Below, in pieces: positions 46,369-56,247 of a stretch of DNA of 64,000 nt. Location: NCBI RefSeq assembly GCF_044647545.1, contig NZ_CP172818.1. One strand, given 5' to 3'. The DNA is from Escherichia coli. GTDB lineage: Bacteria; Pseudomonadota; Gammaproteobacteria; Enterobacterales; Enterobacteriaceae. The translations under genes were made by a program, and so were the position numbers. Every line of letters begins with the position of its first letter. The first letter of the stretch is position 1. The notes beneath the pieces were generated by a model that saw only the letters and a list, made by a program, of their open reading frames with translations, was not told the DNA's origin and made no database searches.

Positions 46369-49300
46369 ATGAGCAAACAATCACAGCATGTATTAATTGC
46401 CCTGCCCCACCCGCTGCTTCACCTGGTCAGTTTAGGTTTAGTCTCGTTTATCTTCACCCTTTTCTCACTTGAGCTTTCGCAGTTTGGCACCCAACTCGCC
46501 CCACTGTGGTTCCCGACGTCCATCATGATGGTGGCGTTTTATCGCCATGCCGGGCGCATGTGGCCGGGGATTGCGCTGAGCTGCTCGCTGGGAAATATCG
46601 CCGCATCCATCCTGCTTTTTTCCACCAGCTCGCTGAACATGACCTGGACGACCATCAATATTGTTGAAGCCGTGGTCGGGGCAGTGCTACTGCGTAAATT
46701 GCTGCCGTGGTATAACCCATTGCAAAATCTGGCTGACTGGCTGCGTCTGGCACTCGGCAGCGCCATTGTTCCACCTCTGTTAGGGGGTGTTCTGGTTATC
46801 CTGCTGACGCCCGGAGACGATCCTCTCAGGGCATTTTTGATATGGGTACTGTCAGAATCCATCGGCGCACTGGCACTGGTGCCGCTGGGATTGTTATTTA
46901 AACCACACTATCTGCTGCGCCATCGCAACCCACGGTTGCTTTTTGAGTCGCTGCTCACGTTAGCCATCACACTGACGTTAAGCTGGCTTTCGATGCTGTA
47001 TCTGCCGTGGCCTTTTACTTTCATTATTGTGCTGTTGATGTGGAGCGCCGTGCGCCTGCCACGAATGGAAGCCTTTTTGATCTTCCTTACCACGGTGATG
47101 ATGGTGTCACTGATGATGGCCGCTGATCCCTCCCTGCTTGCTACGCCGCGTACATACCTGATGAGCCATATGCCGTGGCTACCGTTTTTGCTGATCCTGC
47201 TGCCCGCCAACATCATGACCATGGTGATGTATGCCTTTCGTGCGGAACGCAAACACATTTCCGAAAGCGAAACCCGTTTTCGTAATGCCATGGAATATTC
47301 CGCCATCGGCATGGCATTAGTGGGCACCGAGGGGCAATGGCTGCAATCCAACAAAGCACTCTGCCAGTTTCTCGGTTACAGTCAGGAAGAACTGCGCGGA
47401 CTCACCTTTCAGCAACTGACCTGGCCGGAGGATCTCAATAAAGATCTGCAACAGGTTGAAAAGCTGATCAGCGGTGAAATAAACACCTATTCAATGGAAA
47501 AACGCTACTACAACCGCAATGGCGATGTTGTCTGGGCGTTGCTTGCCGTCTCACTGGTGCGCCACACCGATGGTACGCCGCTCTATTTTATCGCTCAGAT
47601 TGAAGACATTAACGAGCTAAAACGCACCGAACAGGTGAATCAGCAACTGATGGAGCGCATCACGCTGGCTAACGAAGCGGGCGGGATTGGCATCTGGGAG
47701 TGGGAGCTTAAGCCGAATATTTTTAGCTGGGATAAGCGGATGTTCGAGCTGTATGAAATTCCTCCGCATATCAAACCGAACTGGCAGGTGTGGTACGAGT
47801 GCGTGCTGCCGGAAGATCGCCAGCATGCCGAAAAAGTGATTCGCGATTCATTGCAATCGCGCTCTCCCTTTAAACTGGAATTTCGCATTGCCGTGAAAGA
47901 TGGCATCCGCCATATCCGCGCCCTCGCCAACCGGGTACTGAATAAAGAAGGCGAAGTCGAACGTCTGCTCGGCATTAATATGGATATGACCGAGGTTAAA
48001 CAGCTTAACGAGGCATTGTTTCAGGAAAAAGAGCGCCTGCACATTACGCTTGATTCCATCGGTGAAGCCGTGGTCTGTATTGATATGGCGATGAAAATTA
48101 CCTTTATGAATCCGGTGGCGGAGAAGATGAGCGGCTGGACGCAGGAAGAAGCGTTAGGTGTTCCACTCCTGACGGTGTTGCATATTACTTTTGGCGACAA
48201 CGGACCATTAATGGAGAACATTTACAGTGCCGACACCTCACGTTCCGCGATTGAACAAGATGTGGTGTTGCACTGCCGAAGCGGCGGCAGCTACGACGTG
48301 CATTACAGTATTACGCCGTTAAGTACTCTGGATGGCAGCAATATTGGTTCGGTTCTGGTGATTCAGGACGTCACCGAATCGCGCAAAATGCTGCGCCAGC
48401 TGAGCTACAGCGCCTCCCATGATGCACTGACGCATCTCGCCAATCGAGCCAGTTTTGAGAAGCAACTACGCATCCTGCTGCAAACGGTAAACAGTACACA
48501 TCAGCGACATGCACTGGTGTTTATCGATCTTGATCGCTTTAAAGCGGTGAATGACAGCGCCGGGCACGCCGCTGGCGACGCTTTACTGCGCGAACTGGCG
48601 TCATTGATGCTGAGTATGCTGCGCTCCAGCGACGTGCTGGCGCGACTCGGTGGCGATGAATTTGGTCTGCTGCTGCCAGATTGTAATGTCGAAAGTGCGC
48701 GTTTTATCGCTACACGCATTATCAGCGCCGTGAATGACTATCACTTTATCTGGGAAGGACGAGTACATCGGGTAGGTGCCAGTGCCGGGATTACCTTGAT
48801 TGATGACAACAATCATCAGGCGGCTGAAGTGATGTCGCAGGCTGATATCGCCTGTTATGCCTCCAAAAATGGTGGACGGGGCCGGGTGACGGTTTACGAA
48901 CCGCAGCAAGCTGCCACAAATAGCGAACGGGCGGTGATGTCGCTTGATGAACAGTGGCGGATGATTAAAGAGAATCAGTTGATGATGATCGCCCACGGTG
49001 TCGCTTCGCCGCGGATCCCGCAAGCGCGTAATTTGTGGCTGATTTCACTTAAGCTCTGGAGTTGCGAAGGCGAGATTATTGATGAACAAACATTTCGTCG
49101 TAGCTTCAGCGATCCGGCACTTAGCCATGCTCTTGACCGACGGGTATTCCACGATTTTTTCCAGCAGACCGCAAAAGCGATTGCCAGTAAAGGCTTAAGC
49201 ATCGCCCTCCCCCTTTCCGTTGCCGGTTTGAGTAGCGCCACGCTGGTGAATGAACTACTTGAGCAGCTGGAAAATAGCCCTCTACCACCACGGTTATTAC

Positions 49301-49686
49301 ATCTGATTATTCCGGCAGACGCGATTTTAGATCACGCAGAAAGCGTGCAAAAACTGCGGCTGGCGGGATGTCGGATCGTATTCAGTCAGGTGGGCCGCGA
49401 TCTGCAAATCTTCAACTCGTTGAAAGCAAATATGGCAGATTACCTGCTACTTGATGGTGAGTTATGCGCCAACGTGCAGGGAAATTTGATGGATGAGATG
49501 CTGATTACGATCATTCAGGGGCACGCTCAGCGACTCGGGATGAAAACCATCGCCGGGCCAGTCGTTTTACCCTTAGTGATGGATACGCTTTCTGGCATCG
49601 GCGTCGATCTGATTTATGGCGATGTGATTGCCGATGCCCAACCGCTGGATTTGCTGGTGAATAGCAGTTATTTCGCGATTAACTAA
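46369..49686 (+). CDS. dgcE: Diguanylate cyclase DgcE (YegE): N-terminal membrane domain, PAS repeats, GGDEF domain, degenerate EAL-like C-terminus
   Basis: 1105-aa ORF; GGDEF motif in RLGGDEFGLL; C-terminal region lacks the canonical EAL active-site motifs. Confidence 0.9.
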   Translation: MSKQSQHVLIALPHPLLHLVSLGLVSFIFTLFSLELSQFGTQLAPLWFPTSIMMVAFYRHAGRMWPGIALSCSLGNIAASILLFSTSSLNMTWTTINIVEAVVGAVLLRKLLPWYNPLQNLADWLRLALGSAIVPPLLGGVLVILLTPGDDPLRAFLIWVLSESIGALALVPLGLLFKPHYLLRHRNPRLLFESLLTLAITLTLSWLSMLYLPWPFTFIIVLLMWSAVRLPRMEAFLIFLTTVMMVSLMMAADPSLLATPRTYLMSHMPWLPFLLILLPANIMTMVMYAFRAERKHISESETRFRNAMEYSAIGMALVGTEGQWLQSNKALCQFLGYSQEELRGLTFQQLTWPEDLNKDLQQVEKLISGEINTYSMEKRYYNRNGDVVWALLAVSLVRHTDGTPLYFIAQIEDINELKRTEQVNQQLMERITLANEAGGIGIWEWELKPNIFSWDKRMFELYEIPPHIKPNWQVWYECVLPEDRQHAEKVIRDSLQSRSPFKLEFRIAVKDGIRHIRALANRVLNKEGEVERLLGINMDMTEVKQLNEALFQEKERLHITLDSIGEAVVCIDMAMKITFMNPVAEKMSGWTQEEALGVPLLTVLHITFGDNGPLMENIYSADTSRSAIEQDVVLHCRSGGSYDVHYSITPLSTLDGSNIGSVLVIQDVTESRKMLRQLSYSASHDALTHLANRASFEKQLRILLQTVNSTHQRHALVFIDLDRFKAVNDSAGHAAGDALLRELASLMLSMLRSSDVLARLGGDEFGLLLPDCNVESARFIATRIISAVNDYHFIWEGRVHRVGASAGITLIDDNNHQAAEVMSQADIACYASKNGGRGRVTVYEPQQAATNSERAVMSLDEQWRMIKENQLMMIAHGVASPRIPQARNLWLISLKLWSCEGEIIDEQTFRRSFSDPALSHALDRRVFHDFFQQTAKAIASKGLSIALPLSVAGLSSATLVNELLEQLENSPLPPRLLHLIIPADAILDHAESVQKLRLAGCRIVFSQVGRDLQIFNSLKANMADYLLLDGELCANVQGNLMDEMLITIIQGHAQRLGMKTIAGPVVLPLVMDTLSGIGVDLIYGDVIADAQPLDLLVNSSYFAIN

Positions 49687-49702
49687 GGCGTGCTTCCCCA
49701 TC

Positions 49703-49727
49703 GCCTGATGCGACGTATCAGGCCTAC
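49703..49727. repeat. REP-like palindrome between convergent dgcE and alkA
   Basis: gcctgatgcgacgtatcaggcctac; stem cctgat/atcagg; overlaps the alkA stop codon. Confidence 0.5.
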
Positions 49728-50578
49728 AATTCGGCTTCGTCTGGTTGCCAGCCTTCCGTATACCAGATATGCAACAGCGCATAAGAACGCCAGGGCTTCC
49801 AGCGTTCGGCATAACGGCGGATTTGTGCCGGTGTCATTCCCGGAAATCGCTGTTTAATCAGATAATCATCCGGCAGGAAAACATCTTTCGCCTGCCAGCC
49901 GCGCAAGGCGAAATAATTCGCCGTCCAGCGCCCGATACCCGGAAAAGTTTGAAGCGTTTTCATCGCTTGCTCTACGTCGCCCGGAATTGTCATTGATAAG
50001 GTGCCCTCCAGCGCCGCATTTGCCAGATGAATCAGTGCCTCTGCCCGTTTCAACGGCATACCTAACGCTTTTAATGCCTGCGGGTCGGCTGCAGCCAGCC
50101 GCTGAGGCGTGGGGAAGCAGACATAATCCGGAAAATCATCCAGCCGTTCGCCATAAAGCTGTGCCACTCTGGCGGTCAATTTTGCCGCCATCGCCACGCT
50201 CACCAGTTGGCCTAAAATCGCCCGCACGCCCTGCTCAAAAACATCAACACAACCAGGTAAACGCAATCCGGGCCGCGCTGCGCCTAACTCGCCCAACGCC
50301 CCATTAACAATCTGCGGGTTACATTGCAGATCAAACAGGCGGCTCATTTTCGCCAGACACTCAGCGGCAACAGGTTCTAAACCTGCACTTAAATTTATGT
50401 GCAGAGTATGGCTGGCTATATCCGGAATAGCAGTCACCACGCCGCGATATTCGCCCACCGCCAGACTACGGGCATAATAATCGTCAGCGACCGTTTCCAC
50501 ACCGTTCACCGCACGGGCGGCGAGAAATCCCAACATCCACGACCAGTCATATGGCGGCTGCCAGTTCAGGGTATACAT
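49724..50578 (-). CDS. alkA: DNA-3-methyladenine glycosylase II
   Basis: 284-aa ORF MYTLNWQPPYDWSWMLGFLAARAV...; recognised as AlkA. Confidence 0.9.
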   Translation of the reverse strand: MYTLNWQPPYDWSWMLGFLAARAVNGVETVADDYYARSLAVGEYRGVVTAIPDIASHTLHINLSAGLEPVAAECLAKMSRLFDLQCNPQIVNGALGELGAARPGLRLPGCVDVFEQGVRAILGQLVSVAMAAKLTARVAQLYGERLDDFPDYVCFPTPQRLAAADPQALKALGMPLKRAEALIHLANAALEGTLSMTIPGDVEQAMKTLQTFPGIGRWTANYFALRGWQAKDVFLPDDYLIKQRFPGMTPAQIRRYAERWKPWRSYALLHIWYTEGWQPDEAEL

Positions 50579-50630
50579 CGCATCTCCTTTTTAATCCGCT
50601 TTCAGCATAAACGTTATTCAGACGCTACGC

Positions 50631-50638
50631 TTTGCTTT
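50631..50638 (-). promoter_or_regulatory. Candidate Ada box in the alkA promoter
   Basis: Minus strand reads AAAGCAAA about 55 bp upstream of the alkA start; matches the Ada-binding motif known for alkA. Confidence 0.4.
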
Positions 50639-50711
50639 CATATTCCGGTTGTCGCGACGGCAACATTTCGCTAAAGTCTCGCCCCTTCTTCACCGGCATG
50701 GGGATTATTTC

Positions 50712-52064
50712 GTGTTTATTGGTTTTGATTACGGTACAGCAAACTGTTCAGTGGCGGTCATGCGCGACGGTAAGCCGCAATTACTGAAAATGGAAAACGA
50801 CAGCACGCTGCTGCCTTCAATGCTTTGCGCGCCAACGCGTGAAGCGGTAAGCGAATGGCTGTACCGCTATCATGATGTTCCGGCAGACGACGATGAAACG
50901 CAGGCGCTGCTGCGTCGGGCGATTCGTTATAACCGCGAAGAAGATATCGATGTTACGGCGAAAAGCGTGCAGTTCGGTCTTTCCTCACTGGCACAGTACA
51001 TTGATGATCCAGAAGAAGTGTGGTTTGTGAAATCACCAAAATCGTTCCTCGGTGCCAGCGGCTTAAAACCGCAGCAGGTAGCGCTGTTTGAGGATCTGGT
51101 CTGCGCAATGATGTTGCACATTCGCCAGCAGGCACAGGCGCAATTGCCAGAAGCGATTACCCAGGCGGTGATTGGTCGCCCGATCAACTTCCAGGGGCTG
51201 GGCGGCGATGAAGCAAACGCCCAGGCACAAGGGATTCTGGAGCGCGCAGCGAAGCGTGCCGGGTTTAAGGACGTGGTATTCCAGTACGAGCCGGTGGCGG
51301 CTGGGCTGGATTACGAAGCCACCTTGCAGGAAGAAAAACGGGTGCTGGTGGTGGATATTGGTGGTGGTACGACTGACTGTTCTTTACTGCTAATGGGGCC
51401 ACAGTGGCGTTCGCGCCTCGATCGTGAAGCCAGCCTGCTGGGTCACAGTGGTTGCCGTATTGGCGGTAACGATCTGGATATCGCACTGGCGTTTAAAAAC
51501 CTGATGCCGTTACTGGGCATGGGTGGCGAAACCGAAAAAGGCATCGCCCTGCCGATTCTGCCGTGGTGGAATGCGGTTGCCATCAACGACGTCCCTGCGC
51601 AAAGTGATTTCTACAGTAGTGCCAATGGTCGTCTGCTTAACGATCTGGTACGCGATGCCCGCGAACCGGAAAAAGTGGCCCTGTTACAGAAAGTCTGGCG
51701 TCAGCGTTTAAGCTATCGCCTGGTGCGCAGCGCGGAAGAGAGCAAAATCGCCCTTTCCAGCGCAGCGGAAACCCGCGCATCGCTGCCGTTTATCAGCGAT
51801 GAACTGGCAACGCTGATTAGCCAACAGGGGCTGGAAAACGCCCTCAGTCAGCCGCTGGCGCGAATTCTGGAACAGGTGCAACTGGCGCTGGATAACGCCC
51901 AGGAAAAACCGGATGTCATCTATCTGACTGGTGGTAGCGCCCGATCGCCGCTGATTAAAAAAGCGCTGGCAGAACAGTTGCCGGGCATTCCGATTGCAGG
52001 CGGCGATGACTTTGGCTCCGTCACCGCCGGGCTGGCACGCTGGGCGGAAGTGGTATTTCGTTAA
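50712..52064 (+). CDS. yegD: Hsp70-family (actin-like ATPase) protein YegD, 450 aa, GTG start
   Basis: ORF 50649-52064; start placed at GTG 50712 (FIGFDYGTANCSVAV) to match known length; Hsp70 ATPase motifs (DIGGGTTD). Confidence 0.85.
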   Translation: MFIGFDYGTANCSVAVMRDGKPQLLKMENDSTLLPSMLCAPTREAVSEWLYRYHDVPADDDETQALLRRAIRYNREEDIDVTAKSVQFGLSSLAQYIDDPEEVWFVKSPKSFLGASGLKPQQVALFEDLVCAMMLHIRQQAQAQLPEAITQAVIGRPINFQGLGGDEANAQAQGILERAAKRAGFKDVVFQYEPVAAGLDYEATLQEEKRVLVVDIGGGTTDCSLLLMGPQWRSRLDREASLLGHSGCRIGGNDLDIALAFKNLMPLLGMGGETEKGIALPILPWWNAVAINDVPAQSDFYSSANGRLLNDLVRDAREPEKVALLQKVWRQRLSYRLVRSAEESKIALSSAAETRASLPFISDELATLISQQGLENALSQPLARILEQVQLALDNAQEKPDVIYLTGGSARSPLIKKALAEQLPGIPIAGGDDFGSVTAGLARWAEVVFR

Positions 52065-52073
52065 TTGAAAAAT

Positions 52074-52117
52074 GGCTCAGCAGCGGCTTAAATCAGCCTG
52101 CGCCTGAGCCAGTTTTT
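52074..52117 (+). terminator. Candidate yegD terminator embedded in the 3' end of convergent yegI
   Basis: Stem ggctcag/ctgagcc (52074-52110) followed by agtttttc; yegD and yegI stops are only 12 bp apart. Confidence 0.4.
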
Positions 52118-54017
52118 CTGCCGCCTGACGTAACGGTTCCATCAACGGCATGGTCCGTGCTGGAGCTTGAAGGCGGAATCGCTGCAACTCTGTCGCGCCG
52201 ACAGTCAACGTCGATTCCAGCCGATGTCGTTTGGCGGCCATTTTAGTCAGTACCGCTTGTCTGTCTGCAGGCGTTACCGCTTCGTTCGGCCTGAAAACAA
52301 AACGGCGTTCGCAACTCGCTTTCCAGTCGATAACCGCCTGGGTCAGATGATCACCAAAACCTTTTACTTGCTTAACGCTCCGTCGGGTAACGTCTGCCGC
52401 CGTTTCAATACCAAAGGACCGTAACGCCGCTTTACGCGCAGGGCCAACGCCGGGAATAGAGGCAACATCAATAAAAAATCCCTCCAGAAACTTCTGCTTC
52501 TGCCGTTCCCTTGCGGTGTCCTGAAGTGCTGCCAGATCGCGCTTTTCTTCTTCCGGTAACCCAAGAATTTCGTCCTTCATTTTTTCGAGCATCGTCCGTT
52601 TGGCGATAAAACCTTCCAGCCCGCCCAACTGTTGGATCTGGCTGACTAAATGGTCATAGTCCATTTTTGCGCGATTAAAAGCCTCTCTTCGTTGCTGGAT
52701 TTCTGCTTTGTACGCTTTGCTTGTCAGGCTGCCAATAATCCAGATAGCCGACAGCACAGGAACCAAAATAATATAACGTGGTTCTGTCTGAAGGCCGCAA
52801 AGCAACAGCGATAACGCTGACAGTGCGATCTCAATCAGAATGATGTATTCACGCCTTAACAGGCCTAAAGGAAGCGGCCTGCCAGTCGGTTGGAAATGAT
52901 CGGGTAATGGCAGTTGCAATGCTGGCGGTGCTACTGACGCCATCACCATCGCCCAGACTTTCGCCAGCACAAAATCACCGCTGGTGGTAATGACCTCTTC
53001 GCCGAGATCAATAAAATAGATAACGCCTTGATTATCCAGAGCACACCACGGGCAGTCAGCCAAATGACCGGGATAAACATGCATTGCCGAAACGGTACAT
53101 TTCTTTAACTGTTGGCGTAGTAAATCAAGTGCCGCTACCCACGCTTTTGCCGTCGGACGCCCGGTTGCCACGCCACTTTCCGTGAATGCCTGCTGAAACA
53201 TGGCTTCAACATCGCCCGGTAACATCGACAGCGGAATAGATCGTGGCGGCGGTTTTAAACCACGTCGCTGATTATCTGACGCGTAGGCATAACGGAAATG
53301 GGCAATATCCGTCTCCAGCGCATTACCCGCATCAGAGATAAGCGGTACACCGGAATAAGGATGCCGACCACCAAACAAGACGTGAAAAATCAGCAACGCA
53401 AGGCCAAAATTATCGTGATTCGCGGTGCGTTCAAAGCCAACAAATGACGACAAGGTTTGCAGCTCTGGCGACGTAAAATGCGACACGCCCACTTCGCATA
53501 AATGCAGCGTTCCATTGGCGTTAATCTGAAAGGAGTCGCTATCAATCAACACCACTTTGCTGTCACGGCCTACCATAAAGCTGTTCTGGTTTACGTCACC
53601 CACGACGTGCCCGTGCTCGTGAATCGTAGCAAAAGATGAAGCAATATTGCGCGCAACATAGAGTAGAAAATCCCACGCACAATGAGGGTAACGTTGACGA
53701 CGATGTGCCGGGCTATAGATCATATGAATCGGTTCTTTACCAGAAACTTTTGGCATCATAAAACCGATAACCTTTCCGCCTCGTCCACCGTGAAGCGTTG
53801 CCTGCGGCCAGGCGACATAATTCAACAATTGCGCGTCAGCTGTCGCAGCCATAAAGGCAAGTTTGTCCTGTTTTAAGGCGGGTGGCGGCGTGTGATAAAT
53901 CTTGGCGACGCTATCGACAAACTCCTCGATATCATAAACCGCACCTTCGCCGCCTTTGCCCAGTTCACGGCCAGGCGTAACGCACTCACCAGTAGCAGTA
54001 TATAAAGTGGGTTTCAT
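52077..54017 (-). CDS. yegI: Hanks-type Ser/Thr protein kinase-like protein YegI (kinase-like N-domain, two predicted TM helices, C-terminal helix-hairpin-helix-like motif)
   Basis: ORF 52077-54053; start placed at [11 protein letters not shown] (Met13), alternative start at 54053; Gly-rich loop GKGGEGAVYD; HhH-like PGVGPARKAALRSFG. Confidence 0.8.
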   Translation of the reverse strand: MKPTLYTATGECVTPGRELGKGGEGAVYDIEEFVDSVAKIYHTPPPALKQDKLAFMAATADAQLLNYVAWPQATLHGGRGGKVIGFMMPKVSGKEPIHMIYSPAHRRQRYPHCAWDFLLYVARNIASSFATIHEHGHVVGDVNQNSFMVGRDSKVVLIDSDSFQINANGTLHLCEVGVSHFTSPELQTLSSFVGFERTANHDNFGLALLIFHVLFGGRHPYSGVPLISDAGNALETDIAHFRYAYASDNQRRGLKPPPRSIPLSMLPGDVEAMFQQAFTESGVATGRPTAKAWVAALDLLRQQLKKCTVSAMHVYPGHLADCPWCALDNQGVIYFIDLGEEVITTSGDFVLAKVWAMVMASVAPPALQLPLPDHFQPTGRPLPLGLLRREYIILIEIALSALSLLLCGLQTEPRYIILVPVLSAIWIIGSLTSKAYKAEIQQRREAFNRAKMDYDHLVSQIQQLGGLEGFIAKRTMLEKMKDEILGLPEEEKRDLAALQDTARERQKQKFLEGFFIDVASIPGVGPARKAALRSFGIETAADVTRRSVKQVKGFGDHLTQAVIDWKASCERRFVFRPNEAVTPADRQAVLTKMAAKRHRLESTLTVGATELQRFRLQAPARTMPLMEPLRQAAEKLAQAQADLSRC

Positions 54018-54774
54018 GGTACCACAGCGCCAGTGCCAACGTTTTATCATCATCGGTACGCTCGTTTACCGCCGGGCTGGACAAAAACTGCTTTAACAAT
54101 TCAGGTAATAAATCGAGTTGTTCCTGCGTTGCTGACGCCAGTCCATTGAAAAACGGGGTAAAGAAAGGCACATGCGGAGAATTATCCAGCATATTTAACG
54201 CCAGTCGCTGAATACCATCCGTAAATGCTGCAACTTTATGCGCACGCTCAGTACTGGTGTAAGTTTCCAGTCTGGAAACAGCATCGTCATCGGTAATGAA
54301 GTGCGTCATATTGGCATATTCCCCCACCATCGGCGTGAGCGGCAGTTGCAAACCGTGACCCAAATCTACCACCACGCCGCCATCGCCAATCTGCATAATC
54401 AAGGTGCCATTAGCTGATGAAATCAATCCCAAAAACGTGCAGGCAAAATCGCGAACCGCTAATTCTTTGGCTTCCGCCTCGGCAAAAAGTCGCTGACGAA
54501 TGGTCAGCACAATGTCCGTTGCGAGGACATCATTAAGCCCCAATTCCCCGCCCTGCACTTTTTGCGACATATAAGCCATCGCTTCATTGACGGCGAGCAT
54601 CGCACCTTCGCCACCCTGCGAGACGCTGCCTGCGCCATCAGCGACAAATACCGACAATAATGGCTGCTGGTCTTCTAACCAGGCAACCTGCATCTGGCAG
54701 GCATCCTGGCAAGACAAGTCAGCGCTGATGTGCGACGTTCCAACGGTTGATGCATAGACCAGACGCCAGCTCAC
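53986..54774 (-). CDS. pphC: PP2C-family Ser/Thr phosphatase PphC (YegK)
   Basis: 262-aa ORF; recognised as YegK; 3' end overlaps the yegI start region. Confidence 0.8.
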   Translation of the reverse strand: MSWRLVYASTVGTSHISADLSCQDACQMQVAWLEDQQPLLSVFVADGAGSVSQGGEGAMLAVNEAMAYMSQKVQGGELGLNDVLATDIVLTIRQRLFAEAEAKELAVRDFACTFLGLISSANGTLIMQIGDGGVVVDLGHGLQLPLTPMVGEYANMTHFITDDDAVSRLETYTSTERAHKVAAFTDGIQRLALNMLDNSPHVPFFTPFFNGLASATQEQLDLLPELLKQFLSSPAVNERTDDDKTLALALWYHETHFIYCYW

Positions 54775-55430
54775 ACTGACGTCCAGCCTTTTGGCGCTTC
54801 CAGCACAACTTCCGTTCCCGGCGTGGAGCGGGAAACCGAACGCAGCGAACTGGATAACCAGCTAAACAGTTCACGGAATTGTAATCCCTGCAGTGGCAAA
54901 GGCTGACGAACGCTGATTTGTGCCAAAGTCTTCATATCCGCCCCCTGAACACCGATGGAAAAGAAGGCAAACTTCTTATCTTCTTCCCCCTGAAACACTT
55001 TGTTGGCGGCAGCCTGCCACTCATCGGTTGGAGCGCCATCGGTGATCAGGAAAATCCACGGGCGATAATAGGAAATACCATTGGCGCGATACTCACGTTT
55101 GCGCTCCTCAACCATATCCAGGGCTTTGGTAATGGCAGCGCCCATTGGTGTATCGCCCTGGGCAAACAGGATGGGCGGGAAAAAATTAGCGGCGCTGGTA
55201 AAGGGTTGTTCCACATGCACCGGGCCGAACGTCACAATACCGAGTTCCACTCTTTTTAAGGCCAGCGAATCGGCAAGCAGCTCATCGCGAAAGGTAACCA
55301 ATCCGGCGTTAAGTTCATTAATAGGTCTACCGTTCATAGAACCAGAAACATCCAGCAGCAAAATGCAGGGACAACGTGGTTCCGGGTTACTGGCAAAATC
55401 GCTGGTGGCAAACGTGATTTGTTCGCTCAT
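54771..55430 (-). CDS. yegL: von Willebrand factor A (vWA) domain protein YegL
   Basis: 219-aa ORF; MIDAS-like motif DVSGSM; overlaps pphC start (ATGA). Confidence 0.85.
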   Translation of the reverse strand: MSEQITFATSDFASNPEPRCPCILLLDVSGSMNGRPINELNAGLVTFRDELLADSLALKRVELGIVTFGPVHVEQPFTSAANFFPPILFAQGDTPMGAAITKALDMVEERKREYRANGISYYRPWIFLITDGAPTDEWQAAANKVFQGEEDKKFAFFSIGVQGADMKTLAQISVRQPLPLQGLQFRELFSWLSSSLRSVSRSTPGTEVVLEAPKGWTSV

Positions 55431-55611
55431 AAGAAATCCTTTCTTAGAGAATTATTGAGGTCCGGTATCATACCGATTGCAATAATGAAATAAGAGCAAA
55501 CGAAGAAACTTTCAGAATTAGGCCCGGCGGCGCAGAAAATTTTGCTATTCGCCTCGCAAGAACGGAGAGCCGTCGATTGACACTAAGGGCGGAGTGACAT
55601 AATTTCAGGAG

Positions 55612-55760
55612 TGAGGGTTAGGGAGAGGTTTCCCCCCTCCCCCTGGTGTTCTTAGTAAGCCTGGAAGCTAATCACTAAGAGTATCACCAGTATGATGACG
55701 TGCTTCATCATAACCCTTTCCTTATTAAAAGCCCTCTTCTCCGGGAGAGGGTTTCCCGTT
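55612..55760 (+). ncRNA. sibA: SibA antisense sRNA (type I antitoxin of ibsA); boundaries approximate
   Basis: Plus-strand promoter TTGACA 55577-55582 and -10 near 55598-55605; terminator hairpin ccctct/agaggg plus T-run at 55731-55760; fully overlaps ibsA on the opposite strand. Confidence 0.55.
55652..55711 (-). CDS. ibsA: Type I toxin IbsA, 19-aa hydrophobic peptide
   Basis: Minus-strand ORF translates to MMKHVIILVILLVISFQAY. Confidence 0.8.
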   Translation of the reverse strand: MMKHVIILVILLVISFQAY

Positions 55761-55947
55761 TCAGCGTCCCGCTGAAATCGTCGGCTTACCTCCTTTCGCC
55801 CTGAATGCAGTCTATCGCTAACGCGTGAACAAAATAGTTTCCCCTGTGATTATTGCGTAACGTCTCGCAAAGAATATTTGCTCGCAGGATCGCAGACTAC
55901 AAAGCCTGCGGATTGACAATCTGATTGTGAAGGCATACTTTCAGGAG

Positions 55948-56089
55948 TGAGGGTAGAGCGGGGTTTCCCCCGCCCTGGTAGTCTTAGTATGCTGGCCAGC
56001 TAATCACTAAGAGCACCACGATGATGATCCACTTCATCATGACCCTTTCCTTATTTAAGGCCCCTTCCTCGGGAGGGGCTTTCCCGTTT
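55948..56089 (+). ncRNA. sibB: SibB antisense sRNA (type I antitoxin of ibsB); boundaries approximate
   Basis: Second copy of the sib repeat: promoter TTGACA 55913-55918, terminator hairpin plus T-run about 56058-56089. Confidence 0.55.
55984..56040 (-). CDS. ibsB: Type I toxin IbsB, 18-aa hydrophobic peptide
   Basis: Minus-strand ORF translates to MMKWIIIVVLLVISWPAY. Confidence 0.8.
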   Translation of the reverse strand: MMKWIIIVVLLVISWPAY

Positions 56090-56247
56090 CAGCGTCCCGC
56101 TGAAATCGGCGGCCTACCTCCTTTTGCCCTGAATGCAGTCTATCGCTAACGCGTAGATAAAATAGTTTCCTGTGTTATTACTGGATGCGTGCTCGCAAAT
56201 GCGCCCGTCATTCAGACGATTCCCGACAGTGTTTCATAATTCCTCCA

